Of a DNA stretch of 64,000 nt, positions 20,251-30,404 are shown one piece after another (position 1 is the stretch's first letter; each line of letters begins with the position of its first letter). The notes under the pieces were generated by a model. The model was not told the DNA's origin, searched no databases, and worked only from the letters and a program-made list of their open reading frames with translations. Made by a program: the position numbers and the translations under genes. Origin of the DNA: Blastocatellia bacterium (GTDB lineage Bacteria; Acidobacteriota; Blastocatellia; UBA7656); contig CAVXWP010000009.1 of assembly GCA_963765495.1 (NCBI GenBank), forward strand, positions 768,001 through 832,000, read 5' to 3'.

Positions 20251-21659
20251 GCATGGATTTGATTTTAGAAGGCTGGGTGAGCGGTCTGATCGAAGTGACG
20301 CGACTTGGCTGGATGCTCGGAGCAGGGAGGAGGTGGACGCCAGGCGAAAAACTGAAGCTGTTGTTTACGGGCTACAACGGCACGCGAAACACGGGCGCGG
20401 ATGTGCGCGTGGAAGAGATGCTCCGCCAGATTCGCCACATACTTGGAGACGAGAATGCCCGGTTGAGCGTACTCAGTCAAAACTTCGACATGACCAGAGG
20501 CTATTTCGACAACGTCAAACAGGTCAAACTGCCCGACATCTTTCCGCCTTTCCTTTACCGCGAAGTGCGCAAGTATGACGGCGTGGTAGCGTGCGAAGGC
20601 TCTATGTTCAAGAGCAAGTTTGCAAACGCGCTGACCACGATGATGATAGGCTCGCTTGCCATCGCTTCATCGCAAAACAAGTTGAGCCTCGGCTACGGCG
20701 CGGAGGCCGGACACATGGACCCTACGCTTGCGAAGATGTGCAAGCGATACTGCAAGGATTCGCTCGTCATCACTCGCAACGAAGAATCGGCCACGGTGCT
20801 TGGCAAGCTCGGCGTATCAACAGAGCTTGGGACCGACACGGCCTGGACCTTTGAGCCGCACGGAAACGAATACGGGGAAATGGCGCTTAAGAAAGTCGGA
20901 TGGGACGGCAGCACGCCTGTTCTGATCGTCTGCCCCATCAATCCGTTCTGGTGGCCCGTGAAGGCATCGGTTGCCAAACGCGCCGCGCATCTTATGACCG
21001 GCGCTTTCAAGGAGAGCCACTACCGTTCGGTCTATTTTCACAATGCCGGGCCGAATGTGGATCGGGCCTACGAGCGTTATTTGAAGGCCATTTCGAACGC
21101 GGTTGACAGGTTTCGCAAAGAGAATCGGGTCTTCCCGGTTCTGGTAGGTATGGAGGCGCTCGATATGAAAGCCTGCAAGAGAGTCTCTGACCACCTCGGG
21201 GGCGTGCCCGTTTTCACATCTTATGAATATGACATGTACCAGCTTGTCAGCATACTTCGCTGCGCTCATATGCTGGTCTCTTCGCGGTATCACGGCATAG
21301 TGACGGCGATGCCCGCGCTTGTGGCCTCGGCCGGTGTGACTATGGACGAGCGCATACGTAATCTGATGCACGAGCGCGGGCACGAAGATTTACTGCTGAC
21401 CGTAGACGACCCGGACCTCGAAGAGAAGCTTCTGGTAGTGATGGGCAAATTGCAAAAAGAGCACGAATCGATACGCGACGGCATAGGGCGAACGGTTGCA
21501 AAAAACCTAAAGGTGATGGCTCGCATGGGAGTCTATTTCGAAGAACACGTGCAGAAGCGTTATCCCGAATTCCCAATACGCACAGGCATCCTGAGCTGGG
21601 AAGATTATCTGCCCCCGTTCAGCCCGAGCTTAAAGAAACTGGTCGAAAATTATGGGTAG
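20247..21659 (+). CDS. Polysaccharide pyruvyl transferase-family protein
   Basis: [12 protein letters not shown]-terminal motif, ITRNEES, VSSRYHG. Start ATG overlaps the upstream TGA. Confidence 0.7.
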   Translation: MSMDLILEGWVSGLIEVTRLGWMLGAGRRWTPGEKLKLLFTGYNGTRNTGADVRVEEMLRQIRHILGDENARLSVLSQNFDMTRGYFDNVKQVKLPDIFPPFLYREVRKYDGVVACEGSMFKSKFANALTTMMIGSLAIASSQNKLSLGYGAEAGHMDPTLAKMCKRYCKDSLVITRNEESATVLGKLGVSTELGTDTAWTFEPHGNEYGEMALKKVGWDGSTPVLIVCPINPFWWPVKASVAKRAAHLMTGAFKESHYRSVYFHNAGPNVDRAYERYLKAISNAVDRFRKENRVFPVLVGMEALDMKACKRVSDHLGGVPVFTSYEYDMYQLVSILRCAHMLVSSRYHGIVTAMPALVASAGVTMDERIRNLMHERGHEDLLLTVDDPDLEEKLLVVMGKLQKEHESIRDGIGRTVAKNLKVMARMGVYFEEHVQKRYPEFPIRTGILSWEDYLPPFSPSLKKLVENYG

Positions 21660-21688
21660 TGGTCAGTGATCAATGACCACCGCTTGTT

Positions 21689-23335
21689 ATGAACTTTATC
21701 GAGAACATCTTTAATCGCCTCAGACAGACGCCCGAGAGAATCGTGTTGCAGGAGGCGCGGGACGGGCAGATAGTGGCGGCGGAGAGCAAAGAGTTGCTGG
21801 CGCTTATCCGCGCCGCCCGCGCTTTCCTGAGGGCGGCGGGTGTCGGAAAAGGCGACCGCTGCGGCCTGCTTGCCCATAACAGCATCCGATGGGCGGCGAT
21901 GGATCTGGCCTTGATGGCCGAAGGCATTATAGTAGTCCCGCTCTACGCACGACAGGCCCCGGCAGAGCTCGCCGCGATGATGAAAGATTGCAAGACCACG
22001 CTTGTTTGCTCGGGCGATGAGAGTCTTCGAGACGGCATACGGGAAGCCTGGCCCGACGCCCCCCCTGTAAAATTATTCGATGAGATTTTCGCTTATGATT
22101 CGGGCGATCTTACAGACGACCCGCTGCCGCTTGCCAATGCTGACCCGGTGACGATCATCTATACATCGGGCACATCCGGCGAGCCAAAGGGCGTAGTCCT
22201 GACCGCAGGCAACGTTACTTTTATGCTGCCCTGCACCAATGCGCGGCTCGATCTGCTTATGGGCAGACGGGCGGAAGCCGACCGCGTCTTTCATTATCTG
22301 CCTTTCTGCTTCGCCGGATCGTGGATACTGCTGCTCACAAGCCTCACGCGCAATAGTGTGCTCACGATCTCAACCGACCTCAACAAGCTTGTAGATGAGA
22401 TGAAACTGGCCGCGCCCAATTATTTCCTGAATGTGCCCGCGCTGCTTGAGCGCGTTCGCGCGGGTATAGAGAGCCAGTTGAAAGAGCGAGGCGGCGCGGG
22501 GCAGTTCTTATTTGAAAAAGGGAAGACGGCGTGGTTTCGCCATCAGGCCGAGCAATCGAGCCGTATCGACGGAGTGTGGCTGATGCTTGCCGGGAAGCTT
22601 GTCTTCCCGACCATAAAGGAAAGGCTCGGCCCGAATCTGAAGGCGCTGATCTGCGGGTCGGCCCCTCTCAGCCGAGAGACGCAACTCTTTTTCAGTATGA
22701 TAGACATCCCTGTTTTGCAGGTCTACGGGTTGACCGAAACTTCCGCTATCTGCACTATGGATCATCCGCATCAGGTGAGGCCCGGTCGCGTGGGGCCGGC
22801 CATACCCGGCATAGAGATGAAACTCGGCAAGGGCGATGAGATACTTGTGCGGGGGCCGCATATCTTTCCGGGCTACTGGAATCGCCCCGAAGAGACCGGA
22901 CGGGTATTGAATAATGGATGGTTCCACACGGGCGATCAGGGCGAGGTGGATCAATCGGGCAACTGGAACATCATCGGGCGCATAAAGAATCTGATTATCT
23001 TAAGCTCGGGTCATAACATAGCGCCCGAACCAATCGAAGAGATGATCCTGAAAGAGGTTCCGGCAGCCGGGCAGGTGTTGCTTGTTGGAAACGGGCGCAG
23101 CTATGTCTCGGCCATCGTGACCGGAGAGGTGAGCGACCGCGAAGTGGAAACGGCGCTTGACAGGGTCAATCCGCAGTTGCCCCACTACAAACGCATCCGC
23201 GCGTTTTACATATCGAAAGACCCTTTCACTATAGAGAACGGGTTGCTTACGGCCAACGGGAAATTGAAGCGCGATCTTATAACTGGGCATTACGGCGCTC
23301 AGATCGAAGCTCTCTATCGCAGCAAGAAGGCTTGA
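21689..23335 (+). CDS. Long-chain acyl-CoA synthetase (AMP-binding)
   Basis: [32 protein letters not shown]. Confidence 0.92.
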   Translation: MNFIENIFNRLRQTPERIVLQEARDGQIVAAESKELLALIRAARAFLRAAGVGKGDRCGLLAHNSIRWAAMDLALMAEGIIVVPLYARQAPAELAAMMKDCKTTLVCSGDESLRDGIREAWPDAPPVKLFDEIFAYDSGDLTDDPLPLANADPVTIIYTSGTSGEPKGVVLTAGNVTFMLPCTNARLDLLMGRRAEADRVFHYLPFCFAGSWILLLTSLTRNSVLTISTDLNKLVDEMKLAAPNYFLNVPALLERVRAGIESQLKERGGAGQFLFEKGKTAWFRHQAEQSSRIDGVWLMLAGKLVFPTIKERLGPNLKALICGSAPLSRETQLFFSMIDIPVLQVYGLTETSAICTMDHPHQVRPGRVGPAIPGIEMKLGKGDEILVRGPHIFPGYWNRPEETGRVLNNGWFHTGDQGEVDQSGNWNIIGRIKNLIILSSGHNIAPEPIEEMILKEVPAAGQVLLVGNGRSYVSAIVTGEVSDREVETALDRVNPQLPHYKRIRAFYISKDPFTIENGLLTANGKLKRDLITGHYGAQIEALYRSKKA

Positions 23336-23342
23336 GGAACTT

Positions 23343-23567
23343 ATGATTATCAGTTTCGGCGATATTCGCCATCTTATACCGGCATACATATTCAACGAAT
23401 ACGGCCAGCTTACGGGCAACTACGTCTACGGCGACCAGATAGTGTGTGAAGTCGATCAGGGGCGCATAAAAATCTGGCTGAATCAGGACGCCTTTGACCA
23501 GAAAGACCCCGAAAGGCTGATATGCGATTATGATGAAACGACTCTGCGCAGTCAGAGCGCGGGCTAA
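23343..23567 (+). CDS. Small hypothetical protein inside the lipid operon
   Basis: 74 aa, GAGG RBS, fills the gap between flanking genes with 7 and 3 bp spacing. Confidence 0.6.
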   Translation: MIISFGDIRHLIPAYIFNEYGQLTGNYVYGDQIVCEVDQGRIKIWLNQDAFDQKDPERLICDYDETTLRSQSAG

Positions 23568-23570
23568 ATT

Positions 23571-24374
23571 ATGAACAGCTATAACGGCAAGACACTATCC
23601 TGGGAGGTGACAGACGGGTGCGTAGAGCTTAAGCTCCACCGACAGCCCTGCAACGAGATAGGCTCGATCACGCTTGAAGAGCTTGAGCGATTTGCAGAGG
23701 CGCTCGGCTCGCTTGAAAGCTACGCGCACGCGCTCATAATTCACAGCGCGGAAAAACCGGGCTTTTGCGCGGGCGCGGATTTGCGCGAGCTTTACTACCG
23801 CTCACAGGAGACGGCCGAGCCTGACCGCAATGCGGGCGTGCGCGATTTTCTGGAACGCATTCACCGCGTGATGAACCGGATTGACTCGACTCCGTTGACC
23901 ACAATAGCAGCGGTTCACGGAGTCACCTTTGGCGGAGGCTTCGAGCTTGCCCTTGTCTGCGATCTGATCATCGCAGACAAGATGGCGCGCTTCTGTTTTC
24001 CCGAACTCAGGCTTGGGCTCATTCCCGGTTTTGGCGGCATCCCGCGATTAAAGCGCGACCTCGGAAACGGCGTGGTGCGCGACCTGCTGCTGACGGGTCG
24101 AAGTATAAACGCGGCCAAAGCTCAGGCCGTGGGCCTTGTCAGCCAGCTTGCCGCCGAAGGAGAGGCGCTGCGGGTTGCGCGCGCGACCGCCGCGCAGATC
24201 AAGAAGTTTGATCGAGCCACAAGCGCCACGGCCAAGCATTTTATAAAGCCGATTCCCTACGAAGAGTTGCGACAGGAAATAGACATCTTTTGCGATCTGT
24301 TCACGCGCCCGGCAGTCGAGGCAGGGCTGCGAAAGTTTGTAGAAAGCACAGACGCGCTGCCCTACCTGCCGTGA
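23571..24374 (+). CDS. Enoyl-CoA hydratase/isomerase family protein
   Basis: FCAGADL, GGGFELALVCD, FPELRLGLIPG. Confidence 0.92.
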   Translation: MNSYNGKTLSWEVTDGCVELKLHRQPCNEIGSITLEELERFAEALGSLESYAHALIIHSAEKPGFCAGADLRELYYRSQETAEPDRNAGVRDFLERIHRVMNRIDSTPLTTIAAVHGVTFGGGFELALVCDLIIADKMARFCFPELRLGLIPGFGGIPRLKRDLGNGVVRDLLLTGRSINAAKAQAVGLVSQLAAEGEALRVARATAAQIKKFDRATSATAKHFIKPIPYEELRQEIDIFCDLFTRPAVEAGLRKFVESTDALPYLP

Positions 24375-24391
24375 TTGTGAGCAGCAGAGTT

Positions 24392-24506
24392 TTGTAGGGG
24401 CAGCCCGGATGAGTACATTTATTGTGGCTGCCCGAATCCGTCGTAAGCGCGATGACAGTCATCGCCCTTCGGGCGATCCGGGCGAGGACAAGCCTCGCCC
24501 CTACAA
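24392..24506. repeat. REP/REPIN-like element (GTAG-type)
   Basis: TTGTAGGGGC...GCCCCTACAA termini with internal palindromes GGGCAGCC/GGCTGCCC, ATCGCCC-TTC-GGGCGAT and GGGCGAGG/CCTCGCCC. Confidence 0.7.
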
Positions 24507-24519
24507 TCTGGAGATAAAC

Positions 24520-24762
24520 ATGCGAACACTTGAACAAACCACTGATGAGATACTTACGCTCGCGGCGACTCATTTCAAAGTCTCGCGCGAAGAGCTTGCG
24601 CCCGAAGACGATTTTTTCAAGAAACTCGGAATAGACTCTCTGCAAGCGCTCGAACTGCTCACCCGGCTTGAGAATCATTTCAACGTAGAGTTGCCCGATT
24701 ACGAGATTCAGGGAGTGACCGACTTTCACACTCTGGCCGATAGAATCCAATCGAGACTGTAG
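24520..24762 (+). CDS. Acyl carrier protein
   Basis: [11 protein letters not shown] phosphopantetheine motif; start at ATG 24520 after GGAG. Confidence 0.92.
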   Translation: MRTLEQTTDEILTLAATHFKVSREELAPEDDFFKKLGIDSLQALELLTRLENHFNVELPDYEIQGVTDFHTLADRIQSRL

Positions 24763-24766
24763 ACCG

Positions 24767-26479
24767 ATGCTCGACCTCAACATATACCAGTCCCTCGGCG
24801 CTGCGCTCAAAGACGCGCTTGAGCAATGGCCCTACGAGACCTGCCTGATCGAAGCCGACCGCGACCGCGAGAACTGCCGCCTGACTTACCGTCAGTTCAA
24901 AGAAGCCGCTCTCCCGCTTGCCGCATACCTTCAGCAGTCGGGGTTCAAGGCAGGTTCTCGGGCAGCCATCATAATGACAAATCAGTCGAAGTGGCTCATC
25001 AGCGCCTACGCCATATTTTATGCGGGCGGCGTTCTTGTGCCGCTCGATTACAAGCTGAGCGCCCGCGAACACCTGCAATTACTCGCGCATTCCGGGGCCG
25101 AAGTCCTCGTGGTCGAATACTATCTCTGGCGCGCGATAATCGCCGAAGAAGGGTTCAAAGACCTGAAGGCCCGGACCATCCTCGTCACCGAGGCACCGGC
25201 CAGGGCCGATCTTAAAGGGGCCGGGCGATGGGAAGAAGCCAGAGGCGCGAGCGAGCCGCAGTTTGTCGAGCGAGAGCGCAAAGACATGGCCTGCATAGTC
25301 TATTCGTCGGGCACAGGCGGCAGGCCGAAGGGCTGCGTGCTCACGCACGAAAACTATCTCGAACAATGCATGGCGCTCACATCGCTCTACCCGTTCTGGC
25401 CGGGCGTTCGTTACCTGAGCATCCTGCCTACGAATCACGCGATAGATTTCATGGTCGGTTTTATAGGCCCGTTCACCTGCGGCGCAGCCGTGGTTCATCT
25501 GCGCACGCTCCGCCCGGAGTATGTGCGCGAGGCGTTTCCGCGTTACAAGATCACCTACATGAGCCTCGTGCCTATGGTGCTGAAGAACCTCGAAAAGGGA
25601 TTGCGCGCCCGCTTTGATGAACTGCCCGCGACAAAGCGATTCGTGTTCAACCGGCTTCTGGGCATCAATCGCGGGCTTACGCGGAAGCGGCCAAATCTGA
25701 ATCTGAGCAGGCGGCTTCTCAAACAGGTGCACGAAGCATTCGGCGGAGAGTTGAAGTCGCTTTTCGTGGGCGGCGCTTTTATTGATCCGGGGACGTTGCA
25801 GTTTTTCTATGACCTCGGCATTCAGGTGTCGAACGGCTACGGACTGACGGAAGCGGGCACTGCCGTTACCTTAAACGATATGAATCCGTTTCGAGCAAAT
25901 ACGGTTGGGAAGCCTCTGCCGGGCATGGAGGTGAAGATAATAAATCCCGACGCGGAAGGCATAGGACAGGTGGCGGTTCGCAGCAAGACCGTGATGTCTC
26001 ATTATCTGGATGACCCGGAGATGACCGCCGAAACTATTGTGGACGGCTGGCTGATGACGGGCGATCTCGGACGCATTGACGACGCGGGCCACCTGCAATT
26101 ATTCGGGCGGGCAAAGAACATGATCGTCACCGAGGGAGGGAAAAACGTCTACCCCGAAGACATCGAATCGGCTTTTGAAGACGTGCCTGTAAAAGAGCTT
26201 TGCGTCTTTGCGGCAAACTATATCTGGCCCGAGCACACGATGACGGGCGAGCAACTGGTAATAGTGCTTGGACTTGAGCCGGGGCAGAAATTCACCGAAG
26301 AGTTGCGCGCAGTATTGATCGAGCGCAATCGCCGACTGCTCGATTACAAACGGATAAGCGGCTACGTTTTATGGACAGACGAGTTTCCGCGCACCGCCTC
26401 GCTCAAGATCAAACGCGGCGTTCTGGCGGAAGAATTGCGGAGCCGTCTCGACCGCCAAACAGCGCTGGTAGAACTGTGA
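24767..26479 (+). CDS. Second AMP-dependent acyl-CoA/acyl-ACP ligase
   Basis: [34 protein letters not shown]. Confidence 0.92.
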   Translation: MLDLNIYQSLGAALKDALEQWPYETCLIEADRDRENCRLTYRQFKEAALPLAAYLQQSGFKAGSRAAIIMTNQSKWLISAYAIFYAGGVLVPLDYKLSAREHLQLLAHSGAEVLVVEYYLWRAIIAEEGFKDLKARTILVTEAPARADLKGAGRWEEARGASEPQFVERERKDMACIVYSSGTGGRPKGCVLTHENYLEQCMALTSLYPFWPGVRYLSILPTNHAIDFMVGFIGPFTCGAAVVHLRTLRPEYVREAFPRYKITYMSLVPMVLKNLEKGLRARFDELPATKRFVFNRLLGINRGLTRKRPNLNLSRRLLKQVHEAFGGELKSLFVGGAFIDPGTLQFFYDLGIQVSNGYGLTEAGTAVTLNDMNPFRANTVGKPLPGMEVKIINPDAEGIGQVAVRSKTVMSHYLDDPEMTAETIVDGWLMTGDLGRIDDAGHLQLFGRAKNMIVTEGGKNVYPEDIESAFEDVPVKELCVFAANYIWPEHTMTGEQLVIVLGLEPGQKFTEELRAVLIERNRRLLDYKRISGYVLWTDEFPRTASLKIKRGVLAEELRSRLDRQTALVEL

Positions 26480-27375
26480 CGACACCGTACCTTGCAATAG
26501 TAAATCCGGCTGCCGGGTTTGGTCGCGCGGGCAAACTGGTAGGCCCCGCGCTCGACCGCCTGCGCGCCGAAGGCGTTGAGATTGAGGTGGTTGAAACCCG
26601 TTACGCGGGCCACGCTACCGAGATCACGAGAGAGGCTTACCGCGAAGGGCGCACGCGTTTTCTGGCCGTCGGGGGGGACGGCACCTCTTTTGAAATCGTA
26701 AACGGATTGTTCCCCGAAGCCGAAGGCAAAGAGCCTCCTGTGCTTGGCTTTTTGCCGCTCGGTACGGGCAATTCCTTCCTCAGAGATTTTTCCGAAGACG
26801 GACTCGCGCATGCCCGCCGCGCGCTCGTAGAGAATCGCTCGCGCCCGTGCGATGTCGTGCGGTTGACTCATAAAGAGGGCGAGATCTATTTCATCAATAT
26901 CCTGAGCCTCGGTTTCGTAGCCGATGTCTGTATGCTCGCCAATCGCCGTTTCAAACGCATGGGAGAGATGGGTTACATGCTCGCCGTAGTGCTTTGCCTT
27001 GCGCGATTCAGGCAGGGCGAATTTACCATGCGGGTGGATGGCGCAACCGAGCCCGACACTCATCGCACGGCGTTGCTGATATTCAACAACAGTAAATACA
27101 CGGGCGGCAAGATGATGCTTGCTCCAAACGCCGACACGAGCGATGGGTTGATCGACATAGTTCGATGGTCGTCGGGGCGCTTCGATTTTATATCGAATTT
27201 TTCCAAAGTGTATGACGGTTCGCACGTAAACCACCCGCTCGTATGGCAGGGCAGGGCAGGGCGCATTGAATTTGATTTCGACAGCCCGGTTGATGTGATG
27301 GTGGACGGCGAGGTGCTGACCCTGCAATTCAAATCGCTTGAAGTTCTGCCTTCGGCCCTGACGGTGATGGTATGA
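26476..27375 (+). CDS. Diacylglycerol/lipid kinase family protein (YegS/DAGK)
   Basis: [29 protein letters not shown] start overlaps the upstream stop. Confidence 0.9.
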   Translation: MTTPYLAIVNPAAGFGRAGKLVGPALDRLRAEGVEIEVVETRYAGHATEITREAYREGRTRFLAVGGDGTSFEIVNGLFPEAEGKEPPVLGFLPLGTGNSFLRDFSEDGLAHARRALVENRSRPCDVVRLTHKEGEIYFINILSLGFVADVCMLANRRFKRMGEMGYMLAVVLCLARFRQGEFTMRVDGATEPDTHRTALLIFNNSKYTGGKMMLAPNADTSDGLIDIVRWSSGRFDFISNFSKVYDGSHVNHPLVWQGRAGRIEFDFDSPVDVMVDGEVLTLQFKSLEVLPSALTVMV

Positions 27376-28124
27376 AGAAAGTCTATCTGATCATACGCAG
27401 CATAATTGTATGGCTTGTGAGCGGTCTGCATTTTTTCACCGTTTGCAGCTTTCTGGTCCTGCTTGGCGCATTCATTGATCCGCGCAAAAACGACCGCCCG
27501 CAGCGATGGTTCTTTCGCAATATACTCAGGCTTGCAGGCGTGGGGTTCGAAGTAAAATACGCGCCCGGATTCGACCGCGAGCGCACGAGTTTTTTCGTCT
27601 GCAACCACATAAACATTTTCGACGCCTTTGTCATCTATTCCGCCATCCCTCAATTCGTGCGCGGGCTTGAGCTCGAATCCCATTTCAAAATCCCGGCTTA
27701 CGGCTGGATGATGAAACGTTTCGGCAACATCCCTGTGCCCGCCGAAAGCACGGCATCGGCGCTGAAAGAGATGATGAAACGCACGCGCCGGGCGCTCGAC
27801 GCGGGTGTGAGCCTGATTGTCTTTGCCGAAGGCACGCGCACCGTGACGGGCCGCGTAGGGCCTTTCAAAGAAGGCATCTTTCGCATGGCGATTCAATTCG
27901 GCTACCCGGTAGCGCCGATGAGCATTGTCGGTTCCTATGAATTCAATCGCAAAGGCGACTGGATGCTCTATCCTTCGAAGATAACCGTCTACATGCACGA
28001 CACAATCGAGACAAAGGGACTAAGCAAAAATGATGTAGAGGCGTTAAGGGATCGCGTGCATAAGATCGTTTCCGCGCCGGTTGATGAGCACTTCGGCATA
28101 GGCGCGAAATCGGAAGCGGTGTGA
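27372..28124 (+). CDS. Lysophospholipid acyltransferase (PlsC family)
   Basis: NHINIFD (HX4D), FAEGTRT, PFKEG. Confidence 0.9.
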   Translation: MKKVYLIIRSIIVWLVSGLHFFTVCSFLVLLGAFIDPRKNDRPQRWFFRNILRLAGVGFEVKYAPGFDRERTSFFVCNHINIFDAFVIYSAIPQFVRGLELESHFKIPAYGWMMKRFGNIPVPAESTASALKEMMKRTRRALDAGVSLIVFAEGTRTVTGRVGPFKEGIFRMAIQFGYPVAPMSIVGSYEFNRKGDWMLYPSKITVYMHDTIETKGLSKNDVEALRDRVHKIVSAPVDEHFGIGAKSEAV

Positions 28125-28125
28125 T

Positions 28126-28203
28126 TTAGACAGGATTAACAAGATTAGATTGGATTGACAGGATTCTCTTTTAATCTTTGGAAATCCTGTTAATCCTGTC
28201 TAA
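28126..28203. repeat. Hairpin with nonamer-repeat arms (GACAGGATT-like)
   Basis: TTAGACAGGATTAACAAGATT ... AATCCTGTTAATCCTGTCTAA (20/21 match) between convergent operons. Confidence 0.85.
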
Positions 28204-28257
28204 GTATGGCCGTGCCTGTTCAGGTCGCTGGCTGTTTACTGAATCGACACATATTGA

Positions 28258-30276
28258 TCAACGAATTCCCGTTCGGAAGTCGCCCTGCATCACGGTTTGC
28301 CCGAGCAGGTCCTGTATCTCGATGTGGCGAATGGAGTCTATCTGCCCGGGCAAGGGCGGGAGCGGCTGTCCCACCCCGTCATTTGCAAACAGGACCCGCG
28401 CATATCCGAATCGAGCGGCTACCAGCCCGATTGTCACGCCGTCGGCCACTACGCGATAAGTCTCGCCCGAATTAAGGCCCTCGACCTCTATGCCTAAACG
28501 CTCGCGGTCGGATTCAATGCTTATCCGCGCCCGGCCTCCGGCATCCGCGAGCCCGAGCGTCGACGCGAGCCGCGCTTCTTTCTCAAGCGATCTGATAACA
28601 GGCTCCGGCCCCGGGCCATCTGTAGAGAAATCGCCTTGAAGGATGATTCTGCCCAGCGCGTCTCGCAACTCGACACGTTTTATAGTAGTCAGAGGATCGA
28701 GCGGCGCGGGCAGCGGAGCCTCTCCCGGAGCGGTCGAAAATTTGAATTTGAGACCGCCCAGACTGGCCGATAAATCCGCGCCTACTTCCCTGTCGTCTAC
28801 AAACAGATCATACGTAGAGCGGACGTTTAGGCCGATGGCTTCGAGGACGAATTCCTGCGTGCTTCCGGTGACGGTTATAGAGGCGCGGCCTCGCCCGCTG
28901 CCAACCGACGGGCCGCGCATAAGCTCAAGTTCGATGTGATTGAACGAAGGGCGGTCCTGAATAAGCTGGGCCTGGAGCGCGGCAAGCGGGTCGATACGCC
29001 CTTTGCCAAGCTTTCCGGCATATTCGGGATTGATGTCGTCAAGGTTTACGGCAGTGCCTGTTATGAGCCGGTCTACATCGGGAAATCTTGAATCCGCCGA
29101 GAGCAGGAGCGCGGCTTCTGCCGAAGCGAACGGCGCGGCGAAAGAGGTCCCGCTCCACCTCGCATAATTGCTCGGATCATCAGCGGGATCGGTGCCCGGA
29201 TACGCGCTTATGAGCTTGGTGCCGGGAGCGCACACGTCTACGTGTTTGCCGAAGTTTGAAAATTCGGATTTCCTGCCGTCCAGATTGATCGCGGCCACGG
29301 CTATGACATCGGGTGAGCTTGAAGGGTACATAGCGGGTTTTGCCGTATTGTCGTTCCCGACGGCGGCTACCATAACTATTCCGCGCTCCTTTGCATAATT
29401 TATCGCGTCTTCGAGCAGGGGCGATACTTCGGGCGAGCCGAGGCTGAGGTTGATCACATTCGCGCCGTGGTCCACCGCATATTTGATGGCGGCGGCTACC
29501 GTAAAAGCATCGCTCATGCCTTCGGGCGGGAAGGCGCGGACGGGGAGGATGCGGCAATCGGGCGCGAGCATATTGATGAGCCCGCCGATAAATGTGCCGT
29601 GCCCGGCGACGGTCGTTTCCGGGTCGTCGGCCTCTTCCGAGGGGTCGTTGTCGTTGTCTACGAAATCCCACCCGCGAGCGTCGTCTACGAGCCCGTCGCC
29701 GTCGTTATCAATCCCGTCTCCTTCGATGTCGGCATTGCGCCGTTCATCTTTCCAGATTTGACCGGCGATCTGGGGGTGAGCGAAGTTTATTCCCGTATCA
29801 ATAAGCGCGACTACTATATTTGCGCCTCGTGAACGAATGCTCACCTGTTCAAGCGCGAGCAGATCGAACAGCGCCTGTTGCGAGTTGTAATCAAGCAGAC
29901 TGAGGCCCGGAGAGGCGACGCCGTCCGGGAAGCTGAAGGTTGATCGCCCAAAGAGGCTCGGGCTTGTGATAACGGGGTTGAGCGAGGCGCTCAAAACGTC
30001 GCGGTCTTTGCTGAGTTTCTTGCGCCATTTCTTCTCCTTCTTCGCTTTTGGGGTCAGGAGTCTATAGAAATTGGTCCCATAAAGCCGCTCGATGGTCGTG
30101 GTGCCAAAACGCGCGTTTATTGCTTCAATCGAAGCGCCCGCCTTTATTTCGACCACGACTTCGCCCCTGCGGACATCCTTGTTGATTTCATCCGGCTGAC
30201 CTTCGGTTTGAGCCATCAGGGGCGTGGCCCCACCCAAAAGCAATATCAAAACAAGAACCGCATTTATCAGCTTCAT
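28258..30276 (-). CDS. Secreted S8 subtilase with duplicated C-terminal beta-rich domain
   Basis: Signal peptide; IDTG, HGTFIGG, WSGTSFAAP; DNDGDGLVDD calcium loop; two similar C-terminal units, each ending in QGDF. Confidence 0.9.
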   Translation of the reverse strand: MKLINAVLVLILLLGGATPLMAQTEGQPDEINKDVRRGEVVVEIKAGASIEAINARFGTTTIERLYGTNFYRLLTPKAKKEKKWRKKLSKDRDVLSASLNPVITSPSLFGRSTFSFPDGVASPGLSLLDYNSQQALFDLLALEQVSIRSRGANIVVALIDTGINFAHPQIAGQIWKDERRNADIEGDGIDNDGDGLVDDARGWDFVDNDNDPSEEADDPETTVAGHGTFIGGLINMLAPDCRILPVRAFPPEGMSDAFTVAAAIKYAVDHGANVINLSLGSPEVSPLLEDAINYAKERGIVMVAAVGNDNTAKPAMYPSSSPDVIAVAAINLDGRKSEFSNFGKHVDVCAPGTKLISAYPGTDPADDPSNYARWSGTSFAAPFASAEAALLLSADSRFPDVDRLITGTAVNLDDINPEYAGKLGKGRIDPLAALQAQLIQDRPSFNHIELELMRGPSVGSGRGRASITVTGSTQEFVLEAIGLNVRSTYDLFVDDREVGADLSASLGGLKFKFSTAPGEAPLPAPLDPLTTIKRVELRDALGRIILQGDFSTDGPGPEPVIRSLEKEARLASTLGLADAGGRARISIESDRERLGIEVEGLNSGETYRVVADGVTIGLVAARFGYARVLFANDGVGQPLPPLPGQIDSIRHIEIQDLLGQTVMQGDFRTGIR

Positions 30277-30288
30277 AATAACCTCGCA

Positions 30289-30404
30289 GCGATACGTGAT
30301 ACGTGATACGCGATACGTGATGCGTGATATGTGAAATTAGCACTGACCTGCAAAACAGTCGTTAACCTTAAAATTACGAATCACGTATCACGCATCGCGC
30401 ATCA
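30289..30404. repeat. Hairpin with CGTGAT(A/G) heptamer arms
   Basis: About 6 units GCGATACGTGATACGTGATACGCGATACGTGATGCGTGAT; opposing arm ATCACGTATCACGCATCGCGCATCA includes the CHAT gene stop codon. Confidence 0.85.

Noticed and set aside
24409-24519. N-terminal extension of the ACP ORF
   Set aside because: It is translated REP sequence; the RBS supports ATG 24520.
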